This document shows, piece after piece, positions 52,781 to 64,000 of a stretch of 64,000 nt of DNA. Position numbers and translations under genes: made by a program. The stretch comes from Escherichia coli (GTDB lineage: Bacteria; Pseudomonadota; Gammaproteobacteria; Enterobacterales; Enterobacteriaceae). The stretch lies in the NCBI RefSeq assembly GCF_003334815.1, contig NZ_QOWO01000001.1; one strand, 5' to 3'. Every line of letters starts with the position of its first letter. The stretch's first letter is position 1. A model generated the notes under the pieces. That model did no database searches and was not told the origin of the DNA. It saw nothing but the letters and a program-made list of their open reading frames with translations.

Positions 52781-55108
52781 AGTGGCTTTTGCCACCCACG
52801 CTTTCAGCACTTCTACGTCGTGACGCCACTCTTCTTTCATCTCTTCAATCCATTCACCGACGTTATCTTCCCAGGCCGGAAGGTCAGGAGACTGAATTTG
52901 CTGACCCAGCTGTTGCAGATGGCGTAACCCCACTGACCCCGCCGCACCTTTAATTTTATGTCCTTCCTCAACAATGCCTTTTTTATCCTGCGCCGTCAGA
53001 TTCGACTCCAGCACGCTGACATAGCCCGGCATCATCTTCTCAAACACCGCTAACCCGTCGGTGATCAGCTTCGGTCCTACAAGTTCGAGATACTGTTCCA
53101 GCATGGGAATATCGAGCAATGCTTCTGATTTACTGTTCTCTTCTGTCGTCACCGTACTCTCCTCATCATCCTGGGTATCCCAGAATTTCTTGATCATCGC
53201 GGTTAGCGCCGGAACAGAAAGCGGCTTACTCAGCACATCATCCATTCCAGCATTGAGGTACTCTTGTTTGTCTTTCAGCACGTTAGCGGTTAAGGCCACC
53301 AGCGGCGGTAAATCCTCGCGCGGATAACGTTTCGTCAGTTCACGAGAGATATCCAGCCCGGTCATATCTGGCAACTGAATATCCAGCAACACCAGGTCGT
53401 ATTCGCCCGGTTTAAACATCTCCAGCGCCGCCTTGCCGGTCATGGCGACATCAACGCTGTTACCTAATTTTTCCAGCACAGAACGCGCAACAATCACGTT
53501 CAGTTCAATGTCTTCCACCAGCAGCACATTCAGCGCCGGTAAAGGCATATCGTCTTCATCAAACGCATCATCGACCTCTTCTGCTACCGACGGTGCGTGG
53601 ATCGTCAACGTAAAGGTTGAACCTTTGCCCTGTTCGCTGGTAACCGTAATATCGCCGCCCATATTTTTCGCCAGACGACGAGAAACGGCCAGACCAATAC
53701 CGGTGCCGGTGGCAGGTTTACCGCCATGACTGTCTTTCACCTGGTAATACATGGCGAAAATTTTATCCAGCTCATCCTGCGGAATGCCGATACCAGAGTC
53801 TTCCACTTCAAAATGCAGCATATCGCCTTCATCGTAGCGCACGCGCACGGTAACCTGGCCTTGCTGGGTGAATTTGACGGCGTTACTGATGAGGTTCCAC
53901 AGGATCTGCCGTAAACGCGTCCCGTCGGTAATGACCTGATGCGGTAATGGCAGCGTCGGCTCCAGGTTAAAGCGCAATCCTTTTTGTTGCGCCTGCAATG
54001 CGGAGAGATTTTCCAGATCGGCAAGGAAGCTGGTGAAATCAACCGGTTGATTATCAAGCTGGACCTTGCGCCGTTCCATCTTATCCATGTCGATAATATC
54101 GTTAAAGATATTCCCCAGCGTGACGGCCGAAACATGGATGGTCTTGAGATATTTTTCCTGCTCGGCGGTGAGTTCGGTATCCAGCAGAATGCGGCTCAGA
54201 CCGACGATACCGTTCAGCGGTGTACGCAATTCGTGACTGATGGTGGAGATAAACGTCGTTTTGTCGCGGCTGGCCCGTTCAAGCGCATCCTGATACCGCT
54301 TACGCTCGGTAATGTCGCGACCAAAGCCCATCAAACCGTGACGTTTACCCACGCGGTCGTAGTACGGCACTTTACGGATTTCAAAGCAGGCTTTGCGCCC
54401 GTCCGGGTAATCCAGCCACTGTTCATAGGTCAGTGACACATTATGACGGAACACTTTTTCATCGGTTTCAATGACTTTTGCGGCGGCTTCCGGTGAGTAA
54501 ACATCAGCAGGTTTCAGGTGAACCAGTTGTTTTTCGCTTTTTCCGGTCAGCAGCTCCATCGCGCGGTTACAGCCGGAAAACTCTTTATCTTCGTTACGAT
54601 AAAAAACCAGGTCGGGTGAAGCATCAAGGAAGGAACGTAAGAATGAGGATTGCTGCTCGAGCTGAATTTGTGTCTCTTCGCGCTCTTTGATTTCAATTTT
54701 CAGTTGGCCGAAGGTTTCCTGCAGTTCTGCTTCCGCTTTTTCACGAACGGCAATTTCCTGATTTAGCTGGGCAATATTATCTTTTAACTGAACGTTGAGG
54801 CTCAAATCGCGCTCGCGCATCTCCTCCAGTTTTTGCACCAGCCGTGACAGACGTTGTCGTGACTCCTCCAGTTGCTCGACGACCACCGATAGAAAGTAGA
54901 CCGCCCACGGCGTAATCAGCAAACCAAAGAAGATAGAACGAATAACATCAATGCTTTCGACCTGACCATGCAGCACCATGGTTACCGCCATTTGTACCAC
55001 AATGGCAAGAACGACGAGGGCCAGCGCCAGCAACATTGAGAAGCGCACCAGACCTAACTTCATCATCAGGTCAACATAATACTGCGCCAGCAGACGAATT
55101 TGCTTCAT
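52772..55108 (-). CDS. arcB: Aerobic respiration control sensor histidine kinase ArcB
   Basis: ORF track 778 aa; TM anchor, PAS, kinase H-box ISHELRTPLN, receiver and HPt domains. Confidence 0.97.
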   Translation of the reverse strand: MKQIRLLAQYYVDLMMKLGLVRFSMLLALALVVLAIVVQMAVTMVLHGQVESIDVIRSIFFGLLITPWAVYFLSVVVEQLEESRQRLSRLVQKLEEMRERDLSLNVQLKDNIAQLNQEIAVREKAEAELQETFGQLKIEIKEREETQIQLEQQSSFLRSFLDASPDLVFYRNEDKEFSGCNRAMELLTGKSEKQLVHLKPADVYSPEAAAKVIETDEKVFRHNVSLTYEQWLDYPDGRKACFEIRKVPYYDRVGKRHGLMGFGRDITERKRYQDALERASRDKTTFISTISHELRTPLNGIVGLSRILLDTELTAEQEKYLKTIHVSAVTLGNIFNDIIDMDKMERRKVQLDNQPVDFTSFLADLENLSALQAQQKGLRFNLEPTLPLPHQVITDGTRLRQILWNLISNAVKFTQQGQVTVRVRYDEGDMLHFEVEDSGIGIPQDELDKIFAMYYQVKDSHGGKPATGTGIGLAVSRRLAKNMGGDITVTSEQGKGSTFTLTIHAPSVAEEVDDAFDEDDMPLPALNVLLVEDIELNVIVARSVLEKLGNSVDVAMTGKAALEMFKPGEYDLVLLDIQLPDMTGLDISRELTKRYPREDLPPLVALTANVLKDKQEYLNAGMDDVLSKPLSVPALTAMIKKFWDTQDDEESTVTTEENSKSEALLDIPMLEQYLELVGPKLITDGLAVFEKMMPGYVSVLESNLTAQDKKGIVEEGHKIKGAAGSVGLRHLQQLGQQIQSPDLPAWEDNVGEWIEEMKEEWRHDVEVLKAWVAKATKK

Positions 55109-55203
55109 TAGGGAATTCCTTCACGACAACCTGCCCCAATAATACCCAATTCTGACAGTTACGTTATAAATTGTGTGAGAAATGCGGAATTCCCCTCAAC
55201 GAC

Positions 55204-56133
55204 CTACTCCGTTGGAGGTAGCCACGGACGTCCCAGCGCCGATCCCTGTACGCCATGTTCATTCAGATAGCGATCCAGCTCGACCATTCCCGTCCATCGA
55301 TTTTCGCACCACAGCGGAGCAAGCAGCGTCGGGCGACGGGCGCTGGCGGAAATGCGGTGGTAGATCACTTCCGGTGGCGTATGGCGAATCATTTCTCCGG
55401 CAGTGAGCGTGTAATCCTCCAGTTCAATACCGTTCAAACGCCCCGCTTCCCAGGCTTTCGCCATAATGCTGCCTTTCACAATATGCAGCGGATGCAGCTT
55501 TATGCCGTCCACGCCGGTTTCAACCACTCGCTCCAGCGTTTGCAAACATTCAGCCTGCCCTTCGCCAGGCAGGCCGACAATTAAGTGGGAACACACCTTC
55601 AGCCCGCGCTGACGTGCCAGCTGGGTTGTACGCTGATAACAGGCAAAATCATGGCCGCGGTTGATGCGATGCAGTGTTTTGTCGTGGGCGGTTTGTAGCC
55701 CCAGCTCCAGCCACACTTCGTAACCCTGGTCCTTATATTCGCAAAGCAGATCCAGCACCGCATCCGGCACGCAGTCCGGGCGGGTACCCACACACAAACC
55801 GACAATATTGGCCTGGCTCACCGCCTGCTGATACATAGAACGCAGCACCTGAACTTCCGCAAAGGTGCTGGTATACGCCTGAAAGTAGGCCAGATAGCGT
55901 TTAGCGCGGTTAACTAAATTCGCCTGGTGCGCCAGTTGCTCGGCAATGGAACGATGCTGCTGCGCTTCATCGGCAAACGAGGCAACATTACAGAATGTGC
56001 AGCCACCACGCCCGATGGTACCGTCACGGTTAGGGCAGCTAAAACCGCCGTGCAGCGTCAGCTTATGCACCTTTTGCCCATAACGACGGGTGAGATCACC
56101 ACCAAACATATTGACTAATTTCTGTAACTGCAT
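55204..56133 (-). CDS. yhcC: Radical SAM protein YhcC
   Basis: ORF track 55204..56166; start trimmed to MQLQKLVNMFGG (309 aa); Cys motif CPNRDGTIGRGGCTFC. Confidence 0.9.
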   Translation of the reverse strand: MQLQKLVNMFGGDLTRRYGQKVHKLTLHGGFSCPNRDGTIGRGGCTFCNVASFADEAQQHRSIAEQLAHQANLVNRAKRYLAYFQAYTSTFAEVQVLRSMYQQAVSQANIVGLCVGTRPDCVPDAVLDLLCEYKDQGYEVWLELGLQTAHDKTLHRINRGHDFACYQRTTQLARQRGLKVCSHLIVGLPGEGQAECLQTLERVVETGVDGIKLHPLHIVKGSIMAKAWEAGRLNGIELEDYTLTAGEMIRHTPPEVIYHRISASARRPTLLAPLWCENRWTGMVELDRYLNEHGVQGSALGRPWLPPTE

Positions 56134-56807
56134 AATCTGATAGACCGCGCCTTGAAAAGAGGCCAAAGCCTGCCATTTTTAGCTCAATTCGGCGATGACC
56201 TGGATCAATCGTCCCGGCCTGCTTTTATCAACTGCATAATCAATCAAAATTACCGAAATTTCATGCATAATCACATAAATCACTTTTGCTTATCTTGTGT
56301 CAGATTTTTTTATCTCCTGATGGATTTTAGGCAAAAACAGTAGCATGAAACGTCATTACCAATTAAGGCAGTATAAAATGCTGGTTTTGTCGTCAGTTCA
56401 AGGCAGGATAAGGGTTAACACACCTTTATGACAGTCAGGAATTGACTGTTTCTCTAACGACTTCCCTTTTAGCCTTAAAGATAAAATCCATTTTAATTTC
56501 AGTCATTTAATAAAGAATTTTGCGCTAAAGCACATTTCTGTACCAATAAGCTTGCCATTTGACCTGTATCAGCTTTCCCGATAAGTTGGAAATCCGCTGG
56601 AAGCTTTCTGGATGAGCAGCCTGCTCATCATATTTATGCAGTAATTGAGATCCCCTCTTCACCGTATTAACCGATGCGAAAAGGACAACAAGGGGGCGAA
56701 TGCGAGGCGCGCGTATGACACGCAAACCCCGTCGCCACGCTCTTTCTGTGCCCGTGCGCAGCGGTTCGGAAGTGGGGTTCCCGCAGAGCCTGGGGGAGGT
56801 TCACGAT

Positions 56808-59800
56808 ATGTTGTACGATAAATCCCTTGAGAGGGATAACTGTGGTTTCGGCCTGATCGCCCACATAGAAGGCGAACCTAGCCACAAGGTAGTGCGTACT
56901 GCAATACACGCACTGGCCCGCATGCAGCACCGTGGCGCGATTCTCGCCGATGGTAAAACCGGCGACGGTTGCGGCTTGCTGTTACAAAAACCGGATCGCT
57001 TTTTTCGCATCGTTGCGCAGGAGCGCGGCTGGCGTTTAGCAAAAAACTACGCTGTCGGGATGCTCTTCCTGAATAAAGATCCTGAACTCGCCGCTGCCGC
57101 ACGCCGCATCGTTGAAGAAGAACTGCAACGCGAAACCTTGTCGATTGTGGGCTGGCGTGATGTCCCCACTAACGAAGGCGTGCTGGGTGAAATCGCCCTC
57201 TCCTCTCTGCCACGCATTGAGCAAATTTTTGTGAACGCCCCGGCAGGCTGGCGTCCACGCGATATGGAGCGCCGTCTGTTTATCGCCCGCCGCCGCATTG
57301 AAAAGCGTCTCGAAGCCGACAAAGACTTCTACGTCTGTAGCCTGTCGAATCTGGTGAACATCTATAAAGGTCTGTGTATGCCGACGGATCTGCCGCGCTT
57401 TTATCTGGATCTTGCGGACCTGCGTCTGGAATCGGCCATTTGCCTGTTCCACCAGCGCTTCTCCACTAACACCGTACCGCGCTGGCCGCTGGCGCAACCG
57501 TTCCGCTATCTGGCGCATAACGGTGAAATCAACACCATCACCGGTAACCGCCAATGGGCGCGTGCGCGTACTTATAAATTCCAGACACCGCTTATCCCTG
57601 ACCTGCACGACGCCGCACCGTTCGTCAACGAAACCGGCTCTGACTCCAGTTCGATGGATAACATGCTGGAACTGCTGCTGGCAGGCGGGATGGATATCAT
57701 CCGCGCCATGCGTCTATTAGTACCACCCGCCTGGCAGAACAACCCGGATATGGACCCGGAACTGCGTGCCTTCTTTGACTTTAACTCCATGCATATGGAG
57801 CCGTGGGATGGCCCGGCGGGCATCGTGATGTCCGACGGTCGTTTTGCCGCCTGTAACCTCGACCGTAACGGTCTGCGTCCGGCGCGCTACGTCATCACCA
57901 AAGATAAGCTCATCACCTGCGCCTCTGAAGTCGGTATCTGGGATTACCAGCCTGACGAAGTGGTCGAAAAAGGCCGCGTCGGGCCAGGCGAACTGATGGT
58001 TATCGACACCCGCAGTGGGCGTATTCTGCACTCGGCAGAAACCGATGACGATCTGAAAAGCCGCCATCCATATAAAGAGTGGATGGAGAAAAACGTCCGC
58101 CGACTGGTACCGTTTGAAGATCTGCCCGATGAAGAAGTGGGTAGCCGCGAACTGGACGACGACACGCTTGCCAGCTACCAGAAACAGTTTAACTACAGCG
58201 CGGAAGAGCTGGACTCCGTAATTCGCGTACTGGGCGAAAACGGTCAGGAAGCGGTCGGTTCGATGGGCGATGATACCCCATTCGCCGTGCTCTCCAGTCA
58301 GCCGCGCATTATTTACGACTACTTCCGCCAGCAGTTTGCCCAGGTGACTAACCCGCCAATCGACCCGCTGCGTGAAGCGCATGTTATGTCGCTCGCCACC
58401 AGTATCGGTCGTGAAATGAACGTCTTTTGCGAAGCAGAGGGCCAGGCGCACCGTTTAAGCTTTAAATCGCCGATTCTGCTCTACTCCGATTTCAAACAGC
58501 TCACGACGATGAAAGAGGAGCACTACCGCGCAGATACGCTGGATATCACCTTTGACGTCACTAAAACCACGCTCGAAGCGACAGTCAAAGAGCTGTGCGA
58601 CAAAGCCGAAAAAATGGTACGTAGCGGCACCGTGCTGCTGGTGCTCTCCGACCGGAATATCGCTAAAGATCGCCTGCCGGTTCCAGCCCCGATGGCGGTT
58701 GGCGCGATCCAGACCCGTCTGGTCGATCAAAGCCTGCGTTGCGATGCCAACATCATCGTCGAAACCGCCAGCGCCCGCGATCCGCACCACTTCGCCGTGT
58801 TGCTGGGCTTCGGCGCGACGGCTATTTATCCATACCTTGCCTATGAAACGCTGGGCCGCCTGGTAGACACCCATGCGATTGCCAAAGATTATCGTACCGT
58901 GATGCTCAACTACCGTAACGGCATCAACAAAGGCTTGTACAAAATCATGTCCAAAATGGGCATCTCCACCATCGCCTCTTACCGCTGCTCGAAACTGTTT
59001 GAAGCGGTCGGTCTACACGATGATGTAGTGGGCCTGTGCTTCCAGGGGGCGGTCAGCCGCATTGGTGGAGCAAGCTTTGAAGACTTCCAGCAGGATCTGC
59101 TGAATCTGTCGAAACGTGCCTGGCTGGCGCGTAAGCCCATCAGCCAGGGCGGTCTGCTGAAATACGTCCACGGCGGCGAATACCACGCCTACAACCCGGA
59201 CGTGGTGCGCACGCTGCAACAAGCGGTACAAAGCGGCGAGTACAGCGACTATCAGGAATACGCGAAGCTGGTTAATGAGCGTCCGGCAACCACGCTGCGC
59301 GATCTGCTGGCAATTACGCCGGGTGAAAACGCGGTCAACATTGCTGATGTTGAACCGGCAAGCGAACTGTTTAAACGCTTTGATACCGCCGCGATGTCTA
59401 TCGGCGCGTTAAGCCCGGAAGCCCACGAGGCGCTGGCGGAAGCGATGAACAGCATCGGCGGTAATTCGAACTCCGGTGAAGGCGGCGAAGACCCGGCGCG
59501 CTACGGCACCAACAAAGTGTCGCGCATCAAGCAGGTGGCTTCCGGTCGCTTTGGGGTTACTCCGGCGTATCTGGTCAATGCCGACGTCATTCAGATTAAA
59601 GTCGCCCAGGGCGCGAAGCCAGGCGAAGGCGGTCAGTTGCCGGGTGATAAAGTCACGCCTTACATCGCCAAACTGCGCTATTCGGTGCCCGGAGTGACGC
59701 TGATCTCCCCGCCGCCGCACCACGATATCTACTCTATCGAGGACTTAGCGCAGCTCATTTTCGACCTCAAGCAGGTTAACCCGAAAGCGATGATCTCCGT

Positions 59801-61268
59801 GAAGCTGGTTTCCGAACCGGGAGTAGGCACCATCGCGACTGGCGTGGCAAAAGCTTATGCGGACTTGATCACCATCGCAGGCTATGACGGCGGCACCGGC
59901 GCAAGTCCGCTTTCATCGGTGAAATACGCAGGCTGTCCGTGGGAGCTGGGGCTTGTTGAAACCCAGCAGGCGCTGGTTGCTAACGGCTTGCGTCACAAGA
60001 TCCGTTTGCAGGTCGATGGCGGCCTGAAAACGGGTGTCGATATCATCAAGGCGGCGATTCTCGGCGCAGAAAGCTTCGGCTTCGGCACTGGCCCGATGGT
60101 GGCGCTCGGCTGTAAATATCTACGTATTTGCCATCTGAACAACTGCGCAACGGGTGTAGCAACTCAGGATGACAAACTGCGTAAGAACCACTATCACGGC
60201 CTGCCATTCAAGGTGACGAATTACTTTGAGTTTATCGCCCGTGAAACCCGCGAGCTGATGGCACAGCTTGGCGTAACACGTCTGGTGGATCTGATTGGTC
60301 GCACCGACCTGCTGAAAGAGCTGGACGGTTTCACCGCCAAACAGCAGAAGCTGGCGCTGTCGAAGCTGCTGGAGACTGCCGAACCGCATCCAGGTAAGGC
60401 ACTCTACTGCACCGAAAACAACCCGCCGTTTGATAACGGCCTGCTGAACGCGCAGTTGCTGCAACAGGCGAAACCGTTTGTCGATGAGCGCCAGAGCAAA
60501 ACCTTCTGGTTCGATATTCGCAACACCGACCGTTCTGTCGGCGCGTCGCTTTCAGGCTATATCGCCCAGACGCACGGCGATCAGGGGCTGGCAGCCGATC
60601 CTATCAAAGCGTACTTCAACGGCACCGCAGGCCAGAGCTTCGGCGTGTGGAACGCGGGCGGCGTGGAACTGTACCTGACCGGTGATGCCAACGACTATGT
60701 CGGTAAAGGCATGGCGGGCGGCTTAATCGCCATTCGTCCTCCGGTTGGTTCCGCCTTCCGCAGCCATGAAGCAAGCATTATCGGCAACACCTGCCTGTAT
60801 GGCGCGACCGGTGGTCGTCTGTATGCCGCAGGCCGCGCGGGTGAACGTTTCGGCGTGCGTAACTCCGGTGCTATCACCGTGGTAGAAGGCATTGGCGACA
60901 ACGGTTGTGAATATATGACGGGTGGTATCGTCTGCATTCTGGGTAAAACCGGCGTTAACTTCGGTGCGGGCATGACCGGCGGTTTCGCTTACGTTCTCGA
61001 TGAAAGCGGCGATTTCCGCAAACGCGTTAACCCGGAACTGGTCGAGGTCTTAAGCGTTGACGCTCTGGCGATCCATGAAGAGCATCTGCGTGGTCTTATC
61101 ACCGAGCATGTGCAGCATACCGGCTCTCAGCGCGGTGAAGAGATTCTGGCGAACTGGTCAACCTTCGCCACTAAATTTGCGCTGGTTAAACCGAAGTCCA
61201 GTGATGTAAAAGCACTGCTGGGTCACCGTAGTCGTAGCGCAGCTGAGTTGCGCGTGCAGGCGCAGTAA
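56808..61268 (+). CDS. gltB: Glutamate synthase (NADPH) large subunit
   Basis: ORF track 56700..61268 (1522 aa); start set to Met37 [15 protein letters not shown] to match 1486 aa (an in-frame Met at 56715 would give 1517 aa); Ntn amidotransferase Cys follows the propeptide. Confidence 0.93.
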   Translation: MLYDKSLERDNCGFGLIAHIEGEPSHKVVRTAIHALARMQHRGAILADGKTGDGCGLLLQKPDRFFRIVAQERGWRLAKNYAVGMLFLNKDPELAAAARRIVEEELQRETLSIVGWRDVPTNEGVLGEIALSSLPRIEQIFVNAPAGWRPRDMERRLFIARRRIEKRLEADKDFYVCSLSNLVNIYKGLCMPTDLPRFYLDLADLRLESAICLFHQRFSTNTVPRWPLAQPFRYLAHNGEINTITGNRQWARARTYKFQTPLIPDLHDAAPFVNETGSDSSSMDNMLELLLAGGMDIIRAMRLLVPPAWQNNPDMDPELRAFFDFNSMHMEPWDGPAGIVMSDGRFAACNLDRNGLRPARYVITKDKLITCASEVGIWDYQPDEVVEKGRVGPGELMVIDTRSGRILHSAETDDDLKSRHPYKEWMEKNVRRLVPFEDLPDEEVGSRELDDDTLASYQKQFNYSAEELDSVIRVLGENGQEAVGSMGDDTPFAVLSSQPRIIYDYFRQQFAQVTNPPIDPLREAHVMSLATSIGREMNVFCEAEGQAHRLSFKSPILLYSDFKQLTTMKEEHYRADTLDITFDVTKTTLEATVKELCDKAEKMVRSGTVLLVLSDRNIAKDRLPVPAPMAVGAIQTRLVDQSLRCDANIIVETASARDPHHFAVLLGFGATAIYPYLAYETLGRLVDTHAIAKDYRTVMLNYRNGINKGLYKIMSKMGISTIASYRCSKLFEAVGLHDDVVGLCFQGAVSRIGGASFEDFQQDLLNLSKRAWLARKPISQGGLLKYVHGGEYHAYNPDVVRTLQQAVQSGEYSDYQEYAKLVNERPATTLRDLLAITPGENAVNIADVEPASELFKRFDTAAMSIGALSPEAHEALAEAMNSIGGNSNSGEGGEDPARYGTNKVSRIKQVASGRFGVTPAYLVNADVIQIKVAQGAKPGEGGQLPGDKVTPYIAKLRYSVPGVTLISPPPHHDIYSIEDLAQLIFDLKQVNPKAMISVKLVSEPGVGTIATGVAKAYADLITIAGYDGGTGASPLSSVKYAGCPWELGLVETQQALVANGLRHKIRLQVDGGLKTGVDIIKAAILGAESFGFGTGPMVALGCKYLRICHLNNCATGVATQDDKLRKNHYHGLPFKVTNYFEFIARETRELMAQLGVTRLVDLIGRTDLLKELDGFTAKQQKLALSKLLETAEPHPGKALYCTENNPPFDNGLLNAQLLQQAKPFVDERQSKTFWFDIRNTDRSVGASLSGYIAQTHGDQGLAADPIKAYFNGTAGQSFGVWNAGGVELYLTGDANDYVGKGMAGGLIAIRPPVGSAFRSHEASIIGNTCLYGATGGRLYAAGRAGERFGVRNSGAITVVEGIGDNGCEYMTGGIVCILGKTGVNFGAGMTGGFAYVLDESGDFRKRVNPELVEVLSVDALAIHEEHLRGLITEHVQHTGSQRGEEILANWSTFATKFALVKPKSSDVKALLGHRSRSAAELRVQAQ

Positions 61269-62699
<1,431 letters not shown>

Positions 62700-62714
62700 G
62701 CGAGGTAACAATGA

Positions 62715-62739
62715 ATTCGCCAGACTGTGTCTGGCGAAT
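62715..62739 (+). terminator. Strong hairpin immediately downstream of gltD (candidate terminator/attenuator before gltF)
   Basis: Perfect 11-bp stem ATTCGCCAGAC-tgt-GTCTGGCGAAT starting 16 nt after gltD stop; weak U-tract. Confidence 0.5.
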
Positions 62740-63258
62740 CAAATTACTGACGAAGTGCGCGTTGTTTTCTGGCAAATGCGGCATGAGCGTTTGACCTTTC
62801 CTATAATAGGGATAATTTTCAATAAATTGTGCTTTGTTCACCAAGTCTGATGAGTGAAGCACATCAAGCAATTTCTCATTTACAATCCGTCTCAATTACT
62901 TGTTAACACCTCTGACAATACCGATTCTGCAAGCTATTCAGTCTTTTCATTCCATGTAAATTGTCTCGATATTAATATACAAAATATGAATATAAAAAAC
63001 CAATATATTATCCTTAATTATCTATATATTTTCCTATTTTTCAGCGCAAACATTCATGTAATGAATAATTGTCACCACAAACCACCTCACCAGCACCTTA
63101 TTATTCACATGATCGTAACTATAAAATTCATTAAATAAATACATCCCAGCAAGTTGGCTATTTCTGAACGAGTTATTTATTTACATTCACAAACAGATAT
63201 ATATACTGCTTCAGCTTTTTATTTTAAAAAATAAATTTGTTATTAAGGATATGTTCAT

Positions 63259-64000
63259 ATGTTTTTCAAAAAGAACCTCACAACAGCTGCTATTTGTGCA
63301 GCACTTTCTGTTGCAGCATTCAGTGCCATGGCAACAGATTCAACTGATACAGAATTAACTATCATCGGCGAGTATACCCCTGGTGCATGTACCCCAGTTG
63401 TTACGGGCGGCGGCATTGTTGACTATGGGAAACATCATAACAGTGCGCTGAATCCGACCGGTAAAAGTAATAAACTGGTTCAACTGGGCCGCAAAAACAG
63501 CACATTAAATATAACCTGCACAGCACCAACGCTAATTGCTGTAACCTCCAAGGATAACCGTCAGTCGACCATTGTAGCGTTAAACGACACATCCTATATT
63601 GAAAAAGCTTATGATACTCTCGTAGATATGAAGGGAACGAAAAACGCCTTTGGTTTAGGTTCTGCGCCTAATGGACAAAAAATTGGCGCTGCATCCATTG
63701 GTATTGACAGGTCTAATGGTGGGATTCACGCGGCGGACGATACAGGTGAAATTCCTGTCGACCTGATTCAAACTGACCACTGGTCAGCAGCGACCCCCAC
63801 ATGGAAAGCCTCATCTAATGGCGCATTCTGCTCGCTGACAAGTTGCTCAGCAATCGAGCGCGGTTATTCTGTTGCAAAAACAGGGGAACTGACACCTGTT
63901 GCCATTACAGCGGTCACCTTCCCGTTACTGATTGATGCTGCGGTAAATGACAATACTATTCTTGGTTCTGATGAAACGATCAAACTGGATGGTAACGTCA
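63259..64000 (+). CDS. gltF: Periplasmic protein GltF (fimbrial-like), C-terminally truncated by window end
   Basis: ATG at 63259 with SD AAGGA 9 nt upstream; frame open to window end; signal-peptide N-terminus MFFKKNLTTAAICAALSVAAFSAMA. Absent from ORF track because no stop in window. Confidence 0.85.
   Translation, partial: MFFKKNLTTAAICAALSVAAFSAMATDSTDTELTIIGEYTPGACTPVVTGGGIVDYGKHHNSALNPTGKSNKLVQLGRKNSTLNITCTAPTLIAVTSKDNRQSTIVALNDTSYIEKAYDTLVDMKGTKNAFGLGSAPNGQKIGAASIGIDRSNGGIHAADDTGEIPVDLIQTDHWSAATPTWKASSNGAFCSLTSCSAIERGYSVAKTGELTPVAITAVTFPLLIDAAVNDNTILGSDETIKLDGNV

Noticed and set aside
52594-52782. 62-aa plus-strand ORF
   Set aside because: Coincides with the ArcZ sRNA and its promoter; non-coding.
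56700-56807. Extended N-termini in the ORF track (gltB and about 20 other genes)
   Set aside because: The track begins ORFs at the first possible start including GTG/TTG; protein lengths and conserved N-terminal sequences indicate internal starts for these genes.
57717-58451. 244-aa minus-strand ORF and other antisense ORFs inside gltB/gltD
   Set aside because: Embedded antisense in the 1486-aa glutamate synthase gene; no independent support.
62854-63138. 94-aa AT-rich ORF between gltD and gltF
   Set aside because: Composition-driven open frame (Ile/Asn/Lys-rich) in AT-rich intergenic DNA, no RBS; treated as non-coding.

Overview
This window is a conserved core-chromosome segment of Escherichia coli (or a very close relative), with gene order matching the K-12 map from yraQ/yraR through gltBDF. 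I found no evidence of a novel or horizontally acquired system: no transposase, integrase, CRISPR array or prophage remnant. Gene identities rest on my recall of the protein families and their known order, not on a database search. Content, in order: the yhbO/P/Q/S small-gene cluster; ubiT and ubiUV (O2-independent ubiquinone synthesis); yhbW; mtr; deaD; nlpI; the pnp-rpsO-truB-rbfA-infB-nusA-rimP-metY operon; argG; yhbX; secG-leuU; glmM-folP-ftsH-rlmE; yhbY; greA; dacB; obgE-yhbE-rpmA-rplU; ispB; sfsB; murA-ibaG-mlaBCDEF; yrbG-kdsDC-lptCAB-rpoN-hpf-ptsN-rapZ-npr; yrbL; mtgA-elbB; the ArcZ sRNA converging on arcB; yhcC; gltB-gltD and the start of gltF. Many ORF-track entries run upstream of the real start (the track also opens ORFs at GTG/TTG); I trimmed starts where the protein length I remember fits. 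The most interesting sequence-level observations are a perfect 14-bp inverted repeat with a nested hairpin abutting the yhbW start codon, a G46 (tRNA-fMet1-type) sequence at the metY locus, and the AT-rich yhbX gene beside tRNA leuU. Long antisense ORFs inside essential genes are rejected as artefacts.
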